Positions 48,485 to 60,469 of a DNA stretch of 64,000 nucleotides are shown here, one piece after another (the stretch's first letter is position 1; each line of letters opens with the position of its first letter). Position numbers and translations under genes: made by a program. The notes beneath the pieces are model-generated. The model did not search any database and was not told the origin of the DNA. It saw only the letters and a list, made by a program, of their open reading frames with translations. Source of the stretch: Podarcis vaucheri (taxonomy: Eukaryota); assembly GCA_965113315.1 (NCBI GenBank), contig OZ220370.1; one strand, 5' to 3'.

Positions 48485-49320
48485 TTTGGTCTTTGTTGGC
48501 ATCTGCCAGTCTCAAGAGACAATGGAGTGCACCTCCATGGGTGAAGTCAAACCGCTGAGTTAGCAGTAGCTATGTGAACTCCCTGGGATCCTGGGTTTCC
48601 CAGACTACACGACACACCCCTCTCTTGGCCTCACTGTTGTGGTCCACAGGAAAGCAGAACAATACATTTGGCACCAGCTTGGCTGCAGAAGTTGCCGGAA
48701 GGAGGCCTACAAAAGGCCATCAAACCATCTTAGGGACTCTGCTCTGGATTTGTGTAAGGTTTACTCCTTAGGCTTTTCTTTTCCTGAAGATATACTACAA
48801 GGCAGTGGAGGTTTAGGATCAGATTTTTCCTTCTCCCTCATAGGCTACCATCTGCCCCTCACTTCCTTCTACAGCAGTGATGGTCAAACATGGCCTTCCA
48901 GCTGTTTTGGGACTACAATTCCCATCATCCTTGACCACTGGTCCTGTTAGCTAGGAATGATAAGAGTTGTAGTCCCAAAACAGCTGGAGGGCTAAGTTTG
49001 GCCATCACTGCTCTACAGCATGTGCAAAAACCTCCTAATGGACCATTGTACCCATTACTGATGTCATCCACTCAATCTGCTGGAGCTTGTCTTCACATGC
49101 AGGGGAAATCCCTAACTCACCAAGAGTTTTAGACCATCGGGTACCCTCACCTGGCTTAGCCAGCCAGTCAAAGCCATTCCCTGGATGTGGCCGCTGTCAC
49201 ATGCTACCAGCTTCTAGGGACCACAAGTGAGATCTGAGTGCAGTGTGGGGCCCAAAGGTGGACAAACTACCCCAGAAGAATCACGACGCTTCCCCCACCA
49301 GAGGAACTACCCCTTCCACC
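48485..49320 (-). mobile_element. Probable non-autonomous RTE-clade element, interrupted by a MITE
   Basis: GTTGGCATCTG..TCTCAAGAGACAATGGAGTGC..CTCC resembles an RTE 3' terminus in reverse; no ORF; sequence is continuous across the MITE TSD. Confidence 0.5.
48875..49010. mobile_element. hAT-type foldback MITE
   Basis: TIR CAGTGATGGTCAAAC / GTTTGGCCATCACTG; TSD TTCTACAG / CTCTACAG. Confidence 0.88.
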
Positions 49321-50520
49321 CTGACTCTTTTTGGTAGATCTTGGGTGAAAAAGCCTGAAGTCTGTCCATCTCAGGGGCAAAAGAGTGAAAGAATACAGAA
49401 TGCCTGTTTAGTAGTAGTAATACAGAAAAGCTTAGGTATGCAACAGAGCTATCCGAATCAAAATGGGATAAGGTGCATATGGTTTGTGCAACTTGTTTAC
49501 ACAGTTAAGATTCAGAAGAAAAATGCATGTGTTGTACAACTTCTCTGTACTTCCAGGTTCAAGCATGCTGGAGGATGATTGGTGAGTTACTTTCCATTTT
49601 GGCAGCATATCTAGAAGCTGTATGCATGACTCGTGTCTTCTTTGAGGGCATTTTCTGATGATGGGGAATGCTACCTGTCATTGCTTCCTATATTTCCCCC
49701 CACCTTGGGCCATCAAACTCCATGGCGTTTCTCCAAGGAACAGGGAACTATCTGCCCGACACAGGGAATGTAGAATACCATAAGGATACACATGATATAC
49801 AGATAAATAACCACTGTCTGCAGAAAATGTGAAGCAGCTTTTGGAAGCAAGGAAAGAAAAAGGATGTCCATAGCTGTGTGATATTGAGTAGGAACAGGTA
49901 TTCACCAGCATTAAGACTCTTGTTCTCCATAGGTAGCACCCTGTCTCTAGTCTTCCTTCCCTGTAGAGGTGCAGTTACTGCCTAGGTTCAAGTTCCTCTT
50001 GGGACCATCTGCTAACTCATTGGACTGTTGCATCTTTCATTGATTTAGTTTAGGTAGTTATAGTAACCCTTACGTAGGGAGATTTCTGTTCACTTTATGA
50101 GTGTAGAAACGGGTGTTTTAAATCTTTTTTTTGCTCTCGTGAGTTTATTATTATTACTTTACTTATTCAAAAGCATTTCTAAACTGTTTAATATTTCAAA
50201 AATCTCAAAGCAGTGTGCACTATGTGCAATATAAAAAACAGTATCCATTAAGACAAGAATATAACCTAAAACCAATAAAACGACTCTATAAAAACATATA
50301 AGAGCAAATAAATTGGGGATTCGGGGGAACCATACACATAAAACAGACTCCAATCTTATGGGTCAGGGAGTGCCTGGGCAAAAATGCAAGACTTTACAAC
50401 ACTGATAGTTGCTACTTGATGTATGGCAGAGGGGAAGGCATTCCATTACTACATTTGGGTTTTTTGCCTTTTTTACAGTTAGTTGTTTTTTTACATTATT
50501 ACAGCCCACTATTTATTGCA

Positions 50521-50769
50521 GGGATGTGGGTGGCACTGTGGTCTAAACCGAGCCTCTAGAGCTTGCTGACCATAAGGTCAATAGTTCGAATCCACCTGAT
50601 GGGGTGAGTTCCTGTCACCTTGTCCCAGCTCCTGCCAACCTAGCAGTTTGAAAGCATACCAGTGCAAGTAGAAAAATAGGTACTGCTGTAGCGGGAAGGT
50701 AAATGGCATTTCTGTGTGCTCTGGCTTCCATCACAGTGTTCCATTTAGCCAGAAGCGGTTTAGTCATGC
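50521..50769 (+). mobile_element. Sauria SINE, 3'-truncated
   Basis: Head GGGATGTGGGTGGCACTGTGGTCTAAACC through GGTTTAGTCATGC; tail absent. Confidence 0.85.
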
Positions 50770-51120
50770 ATGTGCACTCATAGATGGGACAGACCAGTCT
50801 TCATTGCAGGCATGTGTAAAATGGATACAGGCCAAATTTAGACTGTTCTAAATCTGCAGTGGCCCATGTAATTGGGCTTAAATCTTGCTTGTCTCCCAAA
50901 GCATAGGAAACCCTTGGATCTTCTGCCAATTGTTTCTCATCATTTACTCATACTCACTCAATCAAGGAAGATAAGAGAATGTGTCACATCAATGTCCTAC
51001 CAAATACTCTTCACAAGAAGCTGAGAGTCGTTGATGATGCCACACCCCAAAATTCTGGATGACCTCTCCCAAAGATTTTGGGTAGGTGCTAAACAGGATG
51101 GGTAACAGCCTTGAACACTA

Positions 51121-51351
51121 CAGTGGTACCTTGGGTTAAGAACTTAATTTGTTCCGGAGGTCCATTCTTAACCTGAAACTGTTCTTAACCTGAGGTGCCA
51201 CCTTAGGTAATGGGGCCTCCCACTGCCGCTGCGCGATTTCTGTTCTCACTCTGAAGCAAAGTTCTTAACCCGAGGTACTATTTCTGGGTTAGCAGAGTCT
51301 GTAACCTGAAGTGTATGTAACCTGAAGCGTCTGTAATCCGAGGTACCACTG
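51121..51351. mobile_element. Mariner-type MITE, copy 5
   Basis: TA|CAGTGGTACCTTGGGTTA ... CCGAGGTACCACTG|TA. Confidence 0.9.
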
Positions 51352-54300
51352 TATATTGTTCAAAGACCAAAGAGAAGAACAGTTGTCTCCTTGTGCTGGG
51401 GTAGCCAATGTGAGGTCTTTAAGATGTCATTGTGAGCATAGCCAATGGCTAGGAATGATGGGATTTGTGGTCCAACCACATCTGTAGTGCACCAAGTGGC
51501 TTAGCCCTGCCCTAGAACATCCTTATGTTTTGTTGTATTGTGAATTGTCTTGATATTGTTCATTTTATGGCAAATGTGTGAGAATGCATATTAGTATAAT
51601 TTCTGTGCAATGTCTCAGGACCCTCACGCATAAAGACCCAGGTGCGAAACTGTAAGATTGAGAGCGTCCTATCATTGCTAGTGCATCGGTACATCGTTGT
51701 GAAGCAGATCCGGTGCTGAAAAGCACAAATTATTAGTTCAGGGTCCACATAACCCCACAATGTCTTTGAAGAAAAATCGCCCTCTCTACACAAAACAGGT
51801 AGGGAACAAAACAAAACACTGAAAGATTGTTTGCAGGACAATGTGAGGGGAAACAGCCTTTGATTTCAGTATTACAATTATCCATTCAAAAAATCATGTG
51901 TGCCTAGAGTAATTAGGGCCTGTTCTCACAGCTCTTGCCAGCAGGGATGCCACATGCTGTGATGGTTGTGTGAAAGCCAACTCTGGATTAGCTGTTTGTG
52001 CACTCCATAGAAGTGCTCAAATGCTCTTCTTGCAGCTGTGTCCAAGCCGATCTGCCAAAGAGGATCATGAAAAGGGGCCCTTCGGACTCAGTGTCTTAAA
52101 AATTTGCTATTTTCATTTTGCTACGTGAACTGATCCTCAGACTCTTAATTGACGTTTTCTGCTGAATTCAACAGCACAGAAAAGGCTAGAAAAATCAACT
52201 CAGAACTAATGGATCTCAGCCTGACTACAGAACACCAGGAGACTGAAACAGCACAGATTGCACAAAAGGATTTCATTTCCTGTGTTGTGTCTTTTGGGGT
52301 CATAAGCTACTTTTTACAGGGAGTCCTCACAACCAGGTGCCAAACTGAACCATTAACTGCTAAATAGCTTGGGTGTGTATGTGTTAAAAAAAGCAAACCC
52401 AAGCACTGGGAAATTTGAATTGACTAGTCTGTTCAAAACTCTTTTGGCTTCCACTCATGATCTCTCAGACTTTTCACCTGAGCAACATCCTCCAAATTTC
52501 CAAATGTCACTTGAGGTGAAGTTCGGTGACATTCTAGAGCAAAGGACTAGAGCAAAGGACTTTGATGCCTGCAGACACTTTTGCAAACCGGACAAATGGT
52601 TGTTGGCACCACACTCACACTACAACCCATTATATTGGCTGGGTCATTCCATATCAAATGATCCAACTTTTTTACCTCGTGTTATCCAATTTTCTTAATG
52701 TTTTGTACACTTGTACAAAACTAAGTTAAATCTGAAATATTATTTTTTTTATCTCATCCTGTTTGTGAGTTATGAGGGTTTGAAATTTCAAAAAATTGTA
52801 AGTTTTGGCCTTGACGGACTACACAAAAACCTTAAAAGCTCAGCCCAGAACTAAGATACATCAAAACTAAAAACACCACTCTCTTCAGAACTTCATGGGC
52901 TTTAATATGATATGTCACACGATGGATTTACGTTAGGTTTTAAATTTAAGCTACAAAATTGATTTTTTAAAAAGTGATTTAAAAATATGATGAAATATTT
53001 CCAAAAGAATTGTATTGATTATTTAATATTTCTAAGAGCCACCTGCAAAATTTCATCTTGGGATCTCAATGGGATCATATTTTTACAAAACATTTTGTGG
53101 GTTCTATTTAGGATAAGTGGGTCTTCTTGGAGTAAAATTAAACAGAATAAACAAGACTTCAAACTGTAATATCAGTTACTTCAGGCATTTCTTTAGAAAG
53201 TTATTCAATTAAAAGGTGTCTGAAAAGCTGGTCAGGCTTTTATTTTAAACATGTGTTCCAAAGCCGAGTGATAGAATTAGGCAAGATTAAATGGATAGGA
53301 AACAACCCTTTAGTTCTTTGAGTCTTGGTGCCAAAGACCACTTTCGACAGAGATGACTTACAGTGGATTTCAGAAAATAAAAATTCTAAGGATGACAACG
53401 ATTGCTCAATGAGACAAGCTGCCAAGAGAGACGGGCAAGTGTCTGGAGTTATTCAGTGGGCAACCCTTCACAGCACAGAGGGGCAGTCAACTTCAGATAT
53501 GACTGTTCATGATCTGGTGACGAAAGCACCCCAAGTGTTAATTCGCATGTGTGAATGAGTTGCTGATTAAACACCACACAGAGAACTTTTATATCCTCTC
53601 AATGTGCATCAGCGGAATGCGTATCAACATTTATCAGTAAGTCACCATGCATTGCACAATGAACTGAGGAAAAATCAGGGGAAGTATATTAGCTGCTCAG
53701 AGAACAAGTCACCTAGGGACCCTGCAATTGGGTGAGTGTGTATCAGGTGCCCATGTGTTGAATCTTGGATCTGAGCCCACTTTTGGCAAAGAGGCAACCA
53801 GCTGCTACCCACTTTTGTTGCACAAGGGCAATTGATGCCACTCAGCTGGGACATTAACATGGCGAGCAGAAGGAGGGAACGTGATCCCTCTCTTCCTCTT
53901 GTGCGCTGTTTTATGCAGACTCTCTGGATCCTGGAAGGAGGCACAAATGTGAAACAGGCAAATGGGAAGCAATGTTGGTAATGGGAAAGAGTGTTCTTGG
54001 CAAGCAGGTCGAAGTCAGATTGCTCTGCCAAGCATAGACAACGCCATAGCTAAAGCCAGTTCATAGGATCAGGCTTCCAAATTAGCAGAACATGCCAACA
54101 TAGAGATTTGGATTACTCTTAAAACCCTGCTAGTCATCTCATGCAATTATCTCAACGTGGATTGTTTTCACTATATCACACAAAAATGTTCCCATTTTTA
54201 TATTATTATTTTTCACCATTTCTATACCACTTAATATTTAAAAAATCATTAAGCTGGCCCACATTTCAGAATAAAAATTTGCTTGCACCCCACCAATTTT

Positions 54301-54384
54301 TTTATTGATTGGAAAACAAAAAGAAACAACTCCTAGGAGTGCTTGATTTATAACATAGAACACAACTATGTTATAATATCTTGG

Positions 54385-55218
54385 TGGTCATAACATCATG
54401 TTTGCTGACTGGGAACAGTTGTGGACCTTCGGTATGAAATTTACGGCATGTAATGCCTTAAAGGAAAATATTATGAAAATGATTTATAGGTGGTACATGA
54501 CTCCAGTCAAGCTTGCAAAAATCTATCATTTGCCTGACAATAATTGTTGGAAATGTAAAGAAACTGAAGGTACTTTCTTTCACCTTTGGTGGACGTGCCC
54601 GAAGATTAAGGCTTTCTGGGAAATGATATATAATGAAATGAAAAAGGTACTTAAATGTACCTTCCCTAAGAAACCAGAGGCCTTTCTCTTGGGCATTGTC
54701 GGCCAATTGGTGCCAAAGAAAGATAGAACATTCTTTATGTATGCTACAACAGCAGCAAGAATACTCATCGCAAAGTATTGGAAGACACAAGATCTACCCA
54801 CTCTGGAAGAATGGCAGATGAAGGTGATAGACTATATGGGACTGGCTGAAATGACTGGCAGAATCCGAGACCAGGGGAAAGAGACGGCGGAAGAAGATTG
54901 GAAGAAATTTAAAATCTATCTTAAGAGACATTGTAAAATTAATGAGTGTTAAAATGTTGTGGTTATAGAAAATAAGCGGACTACAGCTGTAAAGATTAAG
55001 TTAAAAGAAAAGAAAGGATTACAACTAGATAAAATTAAGGGTGAGGATTTGCTGAATTAAATATTTGAAATTGGAATGCAGAAAGGGGAGGTATGAGGAG
55101 TGGGGGAAGTAAGTTTTAAGAAAATAAGGATTTGAAATTATACTTGTTTGTTTTTGTGTGTATTTGTTTATGTTTATATAATTTGTGAAAACTCAATAAA
55201 TATTATTTTTTAAAAAAA
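54385..55218 (+). mobile_element. 5'-truncated L1, same family as the 12652 copy (ORF2 C-terminus 54398-54952)
   Basis: Near-identical protein (YRWYMTPVKLAKIYH..CWKC..HLWWTC), AATAAA plus A tail, 13-bp TSD TATAATATCTTGG at 54372-54384 and 55219-55231. Confidence 0.95.
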
Positions 55219-55261
55219 TATAATATCTTGGGGCACCCAGAAAGCACCAAACAATGCAGCT

Positions 55262-55654
55262 ACATAAGAACATGATTCATTCCCAAAATATAATTATAAA
55301 CGAGCCTCTTACAGACTGAATGAGAGGTGTGAGCTTGCTTTTGCTGGGTAATCTCGTTTATGCTAGGTCTAATTTGAGACAAACAAACTCTCATTTCCTC
55401 ATCAACGCAAAGACGCCTTTCTCTTTTCTGATCTTCCATATTTGTCAGAGTTGAAAATCCATGTTCATAACTATATGTCGTGGAAAACTGTAGAAGAATA
55501 GCCAATACTCTTGAAGAGAGTCAGTGTTTCTGGTTGTATAGCCATACTATGAAATGTTTAAATGTTTCTTGGGTTGTCCTTGAATCTTCTTGCCACCCGT
55601 GCCATCCTCTCTTGCCACACCAGTGTGGCACACCACACCCTTTGAGAACCGTTG
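55262..55654 (-). mobile_element. Internally deleted hAT (Charlie/Buster) element with transposase C-terminal remnant
   Basis: LLQFSTTYSYEHGFSTLTNM..KRER..VDEEMRVCLSQIRPSI..KQAHTSH is a Buster/ZBED5-like dimerisation domain; terminus CAACGGTTCTCAAA at 55654 resembles the Charlie TIR CAG.GGTTCTCAAA. Confidence 0.8.
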
Positions 55655-56452
55655 CCTCAAGCAGTCAGCTGCACTCCCCACAACCAGGACATTTGCTTTA
55701 GTGAGTTTCTTAGGGGTCCCAAGGATCGGGGTGGGGGGGGGAGGACATTCCTCCACCATTGCTTCTTTCTCCATTCTCTGCCCACTTTTTCTCCAGCTAT
55801 TTTTTATTGCACCACATCCCCTGATCTGCCATACTGCCGCATGCAAATATCACAGCATGTGAAATAACCTATGTGCCAAGCGTCAAACAGAATTTGCCAG
55901 AACTCCTTCAGCTAGCAATTCTGGAGAATTGCTTTTATGAGTAACCATGAAAATTGCTGTAGACAAAAATCATCTGAATCTGTTATTTGTTCTTCACTCT
56001 CCATCCGGCATGTGAAATTTCACACTGATTTCCTGCTGGTTGCGGTCAACACAGGTAGCACAGTTACATTATATACACACACAAACACATGCGCATGGAG
56101 TTAAAGATGTTCTCTTACCCCACAGTAGCGGGGGAAATATTAAGTGGCTTGTACACTTGTATCCAGCCAACACATATGTGAGTCTTCAGCTAAGAGTCAC
56201 CATGGTGCCAATTAACACTTATATAAGGGGGAACTAGCAATAAGACAACAAACTAGAATTTAGAGTCAAAGATTAATGTGGTTTATTACAAAAATAGTAG
56301 GATTACTTACACAAGCAGTCCTCAGATTGGGCCAGCAATTTGGTTAAATCTAAGGGAAGGTAGAAAAGAGAGGGTGCTAATGTCCGATTGCAGATATATA
56401 AGTGAGCTTGTTCTGCCATGCAGAAACCATAACCAAGCCCTACACATCTGGG

Positions 56453-57111
56453 TGTCAGGGCTGGAGTCAGATGCAGGTCAGCAAGCAAGAAGCAGCGTTT
56501 GTCAGAGAAGTTAACTCTTTATTCAAAGAAATGGCTTACAACTCAAGAAATGGCTTACAACTCAGCGAGGCTTCTCAGTAAGTCTTGCCGCTATAGAGCA
56601 GTTGCCAGGACTGATGGCCCTTGCCATCGACCTTCTCTGCCCAAGCAGTCTCAAACTTCGTATGGGCATTTCTAATCTCTGTTCTGCTCTACACATCACT
56701 GTGTGTCCTTGGGAGACCAGCGGGGAGGCGAGCTTGTCACAATAGGAGAGGCAGATTCCCTGCAGCCTCTTTTGCAGCCTCTTGCCCCTCCTCCTCTGCT
56801 TCAGCCTCTGAGTCGGAACTGCTCCCTGTCACAGGCTCTCCCTGTTCACTAAATCCTGTTGCCCCTTTAGCACATAGCTGTCAACGTTTTCCTTTTTTTA
56901 AGGGAAATTCCCTTATTCCGAATAGGATTCCTCGCAAGAAAAGGGAAAAGTTGACAGCTGTGCTTTAGCATTCATCCCTTCCTCCCACTCTTCTCCCTCT
57001 GACTTCTCCTCAGTACCCCACCACCAATCCCCTGGCTCTGAGCCTTCCTCTGCTGGGGGTTCCCTAGCTGTTGCCTCTCACCGCTCCTCATCATCCAGCC
57101 AGTCCCTGACA
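56453..57111 (-). mobile_element. Solo LTR (probably Gypsy) containing a degenerate acidic reading frame
   Basis: 8-bp terminal inverted repeat TGTCAGGG...CCCTGACA, AATAAA on the minus strand (~56520), 19-bp tandem duplication AAGAAATGGCTTACAACTC; TSD not resolved. Confidence 0.75.
56873..56962. mobile_element. 90-bp hAT-type MITE nested in the solo LTR
   Basis: TIR CATAGCTGTCAAC / GTTGACAGCTGTG; perfect 8-bp TSD CTTTAGCA at 56865-56872 and 56963-56970. Confidence 0.92.
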
Positions 57112-58533
57112 TCAGATTAACCCTTTCTTCCCTACCCAATTTTCTTAAATGAGATTATAGTTGTTTAACCAGCCCGGCAGTCATGTTTTCTAGTCTGTAA
57201 GAAGCAAGGTCTAAAAGAACTAGAATCTCATTTCAAAAAATGAGTCCGGGAGGAGGGGGTTGAACCCCCTCCCTGCTCACTGTGGTCCTGGTCTGGGCTA
57301 GGGCCCACATTGCCTGCTTTCTCTATATTCCCAGAAAGAAGATACTTGGTAATACTTGGTGTGGGTTGTTGTTTTGGTAAAGTGTCCTGAATGTAATGTG
57401 TAGTTTGCCCCTAAGCAACAGCATTGGTGTCAGAGAACTAGCCTGAAAAGACCAGGGCAAGGCTGAAAGCAGACAAAGCTGTTGTTTGTGGGTGCATACA
57501 GCAAATCAATCAATCAATCACTATGGGTAACTGGACTGAACAAAATTAACCTGCCAGGGTTAATTGATGGGGTGAATATAATTATGGATGAAAGGTAAAC
57601 ACCTTTGACTTGTCAGTTTTGGCAGTCTTACACCTGTAATTGCAAGGTTTTTTTCTATTTTTATAAAACCCTCTTTCCAATTTTGCTCAAGGTGTCAGTC
57701 ATAACTCTCTGCCCTTTTTGATCACCACTCAGCTTGCAGCCCACTTTGCATTTGTCAACTCCAGCTGTTTTCTTTTAGATACATGAAATTTGTGTGTGTT
57801 TTAAGAATCTCTATCCACTGCCAAGGATAGTTCTCTAGATGAGCAAGAATTGTTGTTGTTTCTTCCAAACAGATGAGACCAATGATATTAAGAGCAAGGA
57901 AGCATTGAAGATCTTTCACGGCATTAATGTTTGGATTTTTTTAGTTCTTTGCTAAGGGATTGTCAAGCACAACAGAACTCTTCCACTATTTTGAGATGTC
58001 ATTGTGAGCATTTAAGTGCTTGCTCAGATGACCCTGGTGAGTTCATCATTCAGGTTCATCAGCAAAGCTGAAGCTGAAAAACAAATTGCACTTCCTCTTC
58101 CACCCAAAAAATGCTTCCTAAGAAGCACATTTCCTCCTTTCTTATTCACAGACAGAAATCATGTTCAGTGAAGTTATACTAGACTTGTCCTCTGCCTTGT
58201 TTCCTTTAACATTCTAAGGATGCTACCAGACTGGGGTTTTCCTGGTTATCAGGAATGCCAAGACATGCAAATAAACAATTTCTAAATATTTGCCCATTTT
58301 GGTGCTTTTCAGCACTCTCTGTATGAACATTCACTTATGCTCCTTCCCAGTGATGCCATCCTGTGGTCAGATCTGATTGGTTGTGCCAAGACCTCTAAAT
58401 TTATTTACTAAAGTCAAGTGATGCTTTCCTATTGTCTTGCTGTCCTATTGTGATGTTGTTCTGTTAGCTGTGTGACCCCTAGTTGGGTAGGAGATCTTGC
58501 TGTCACTAGCTGGGGGAAGGAGGAACTAACCCT

Positions 58534-58737
58534 AACCCTATTTGTGTGCTACTCACATGTAGGGCAGAGTGAGGAGCAGGCCCATGCCTTTTAGGCCCCC
58601 CCCCTTTGAGTCTTTTTATTGTGCTCATTCCTTTATAAGTGCTACACACTTATAAATAGGGCTTGAGCTAAAAGTGTAGCCCTGCTCCTAGCTATACACA
58701 CTTATGCCATACGCACGAGTAATGCATAAATTGGGCT
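58534..58737. mobile_element. Palindromic foldback MITE
   Basis: AACCCTATTTGTGTGCTACTCACATGTAGGGCA pairs imperfectly with TGCCATACGCACGAGTAATGCATAAATTGGGCT; inner GGAGCAGG / CCTGCTCC. Confidence 0.65.
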
Positions 58738-58956
58738 ACTGTATTGGGCTACTAAATATTTGCCCAATCTATGTGCTTTTAATACAGAAAAGAAATTTCT
58801 ACGTCACCAGTAGGGCTGGTTTCAGAACTTGATGATATTTGCATGCGGGTCAGCCCCGCTGGCGTGTCTTCTATCACTCTGGGTGATACAGCCTGCAAAC
58901 ATGTATACTTTGCATGGGGAAAGATCCAGCTGAACTTGGGACTGAGGCTGCATACT

Positions 58957-59181
58957 GAGGCAGTGTGGTGTAGCGGTTAGAGTGTCGGACTAGGACTTGG
59001 GAGAGCAGGGTTCAAATCCCCACTTGGCCACCGTGAAGCTTACCATGTGAATCCTGGGCCAGTCACTGCCTCTCAGCCTAACCTAACTCTCAGGGCTGTT
59101 GTGGAGATTCAGTGAGGAGAACTATGCATGTACAACTTGGAGTTGCATGGGCAACTTAGAGAAAAGGGTGGGATATGAATG

Positions 59182-59212
<31 letters not shown>

Positions 59213-59218
59213 CCAATC
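58957..59218 (+). mobile_element. tRNA-derived squamate SINE (Squam2/3- or MIR-like) with (AATC)n tail
   Basis: A box TGGTGTAGCGG, B box GGTTCAAATCC, CTCTCAGCCT core, simple-repeat tail. Confidence 0.75.
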
Positions 59219-60469
59219 ATGTGTTGGGATACTGCCAGGGAGATAAAATCCATCATGGCCCCAAGCCGTTTGCTGGACGATCCATCGATCTCCCATAGGC
59301 ATGCAGTATCATCAATTAGCGACATGAGTTTCTAGAAAATAGCCCAACATCTAGAGCTCATGCACACTCTGTCAGCAGATAATGCACAGCCAAAAGTTGC
59401 ACTCTGGAGAGTATTATTTACAAGCTTTATTCAGCATTGATCAGAACAAAGAAAACATGACTGCCTGCGACAGTGTCTCCAGCAGAGAGAGAAAACGAAA
59501 GACACAACAGAAACATCCTGTGAAAACAGGAAATACGCAGGCTGTGACACAAACATCCTGCTCCCTTTTAAGGTGGAACAGAAATATCCTAACATCATGT
59601 ACCTCCCTCCCTCAAAGAATTCTGGGTGCTGTGGTTTGTTGAGGGTTGCTGGGAATGGTAACTCCATAAGGAACCCGGAATTCATTGAAAGGGCTCTGGT
59701 TGTGCTTTAAAGATATCGTGTGTACGCAGGTTGAGACTGCAAGCCTTAAGCTGAATTGAGAATGAGCTTGCCCATGAAATGGAGTTGATCCAACCCAATC
59801 CACCTCCTGCGCTTTGTTTTCTCGTGTCTTGCTACTGCAACAATAAGAAATGAAATGCTGGGGAAAGGAGGACTTGATTTCTAGGCATCACACTGACCTT
59901 GCAATAAATAAATAAACAGCCCAACCTTCTGACAAAGTGATTCGCTTTATCACAAGGACACTTGGGCTGTCACCCATTATCCCAGTCAAATGGAAGAGCT
60001 CTGCTCAGTTATCTATGCTCCTCCTGAAGGTGATACATAATGTATATTCCATATGAAAATGCTTTTTTTAAAAAACCCCTCTTCAAGTCCTTTGTATTTA
60101 TAAATTCTAGGCCCGTTAAGTCTCTGGATGGCTCCTTCTCCAGCTCCTAGGGAATTCTTTTGGGTGTCAAGCTATAATCACATACTAATAGATGCAAGCT
60201 ACTAAATACAACAATTGCTATACATCTTACTGGACCTTACATGGACACAGCACTTAAGTCCTCCTCAGCATTACAAATATGGCGAGTTAAACCCATGAGC
60301 AAGTCAGCATCTCCTGCACCATGTTGGTCACCTTTCTGCACATGAAAGTACAGCTTTCCCACTGCCCCTCCAATTGTCACATGTTTCCTTCATTATATCT
60401 GTAACAAGTGAATAGGGCTTCAGTGGAATGCAGAGTGGCATTTATTCATTTAGTGAAGAGTTTGTATAC

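Noticed and set aside
1408-51351. Dispersed palindromic ~230-bp and ~136-bp repeats as CRISPR arrays or miRNA hairpins
   Set aside because: They have TIRs and TA or 8-bp TSDs, are dispersed, and show no repeat-spacer periodicity, so they are MITEs.
55260-55505. Domesticated ZBED5/SCAND3/FAM200-like host gene
   Set aside because: Only a decayed C-terminal fragment (conserved LCE is altered) next to a TIR; this is a transposon fossil.
58526-58540. CTAACCCTAACCCTA as an interstitial telomere
   Set aside because: Only ~2.5 units, overlapping the end of a MITE.
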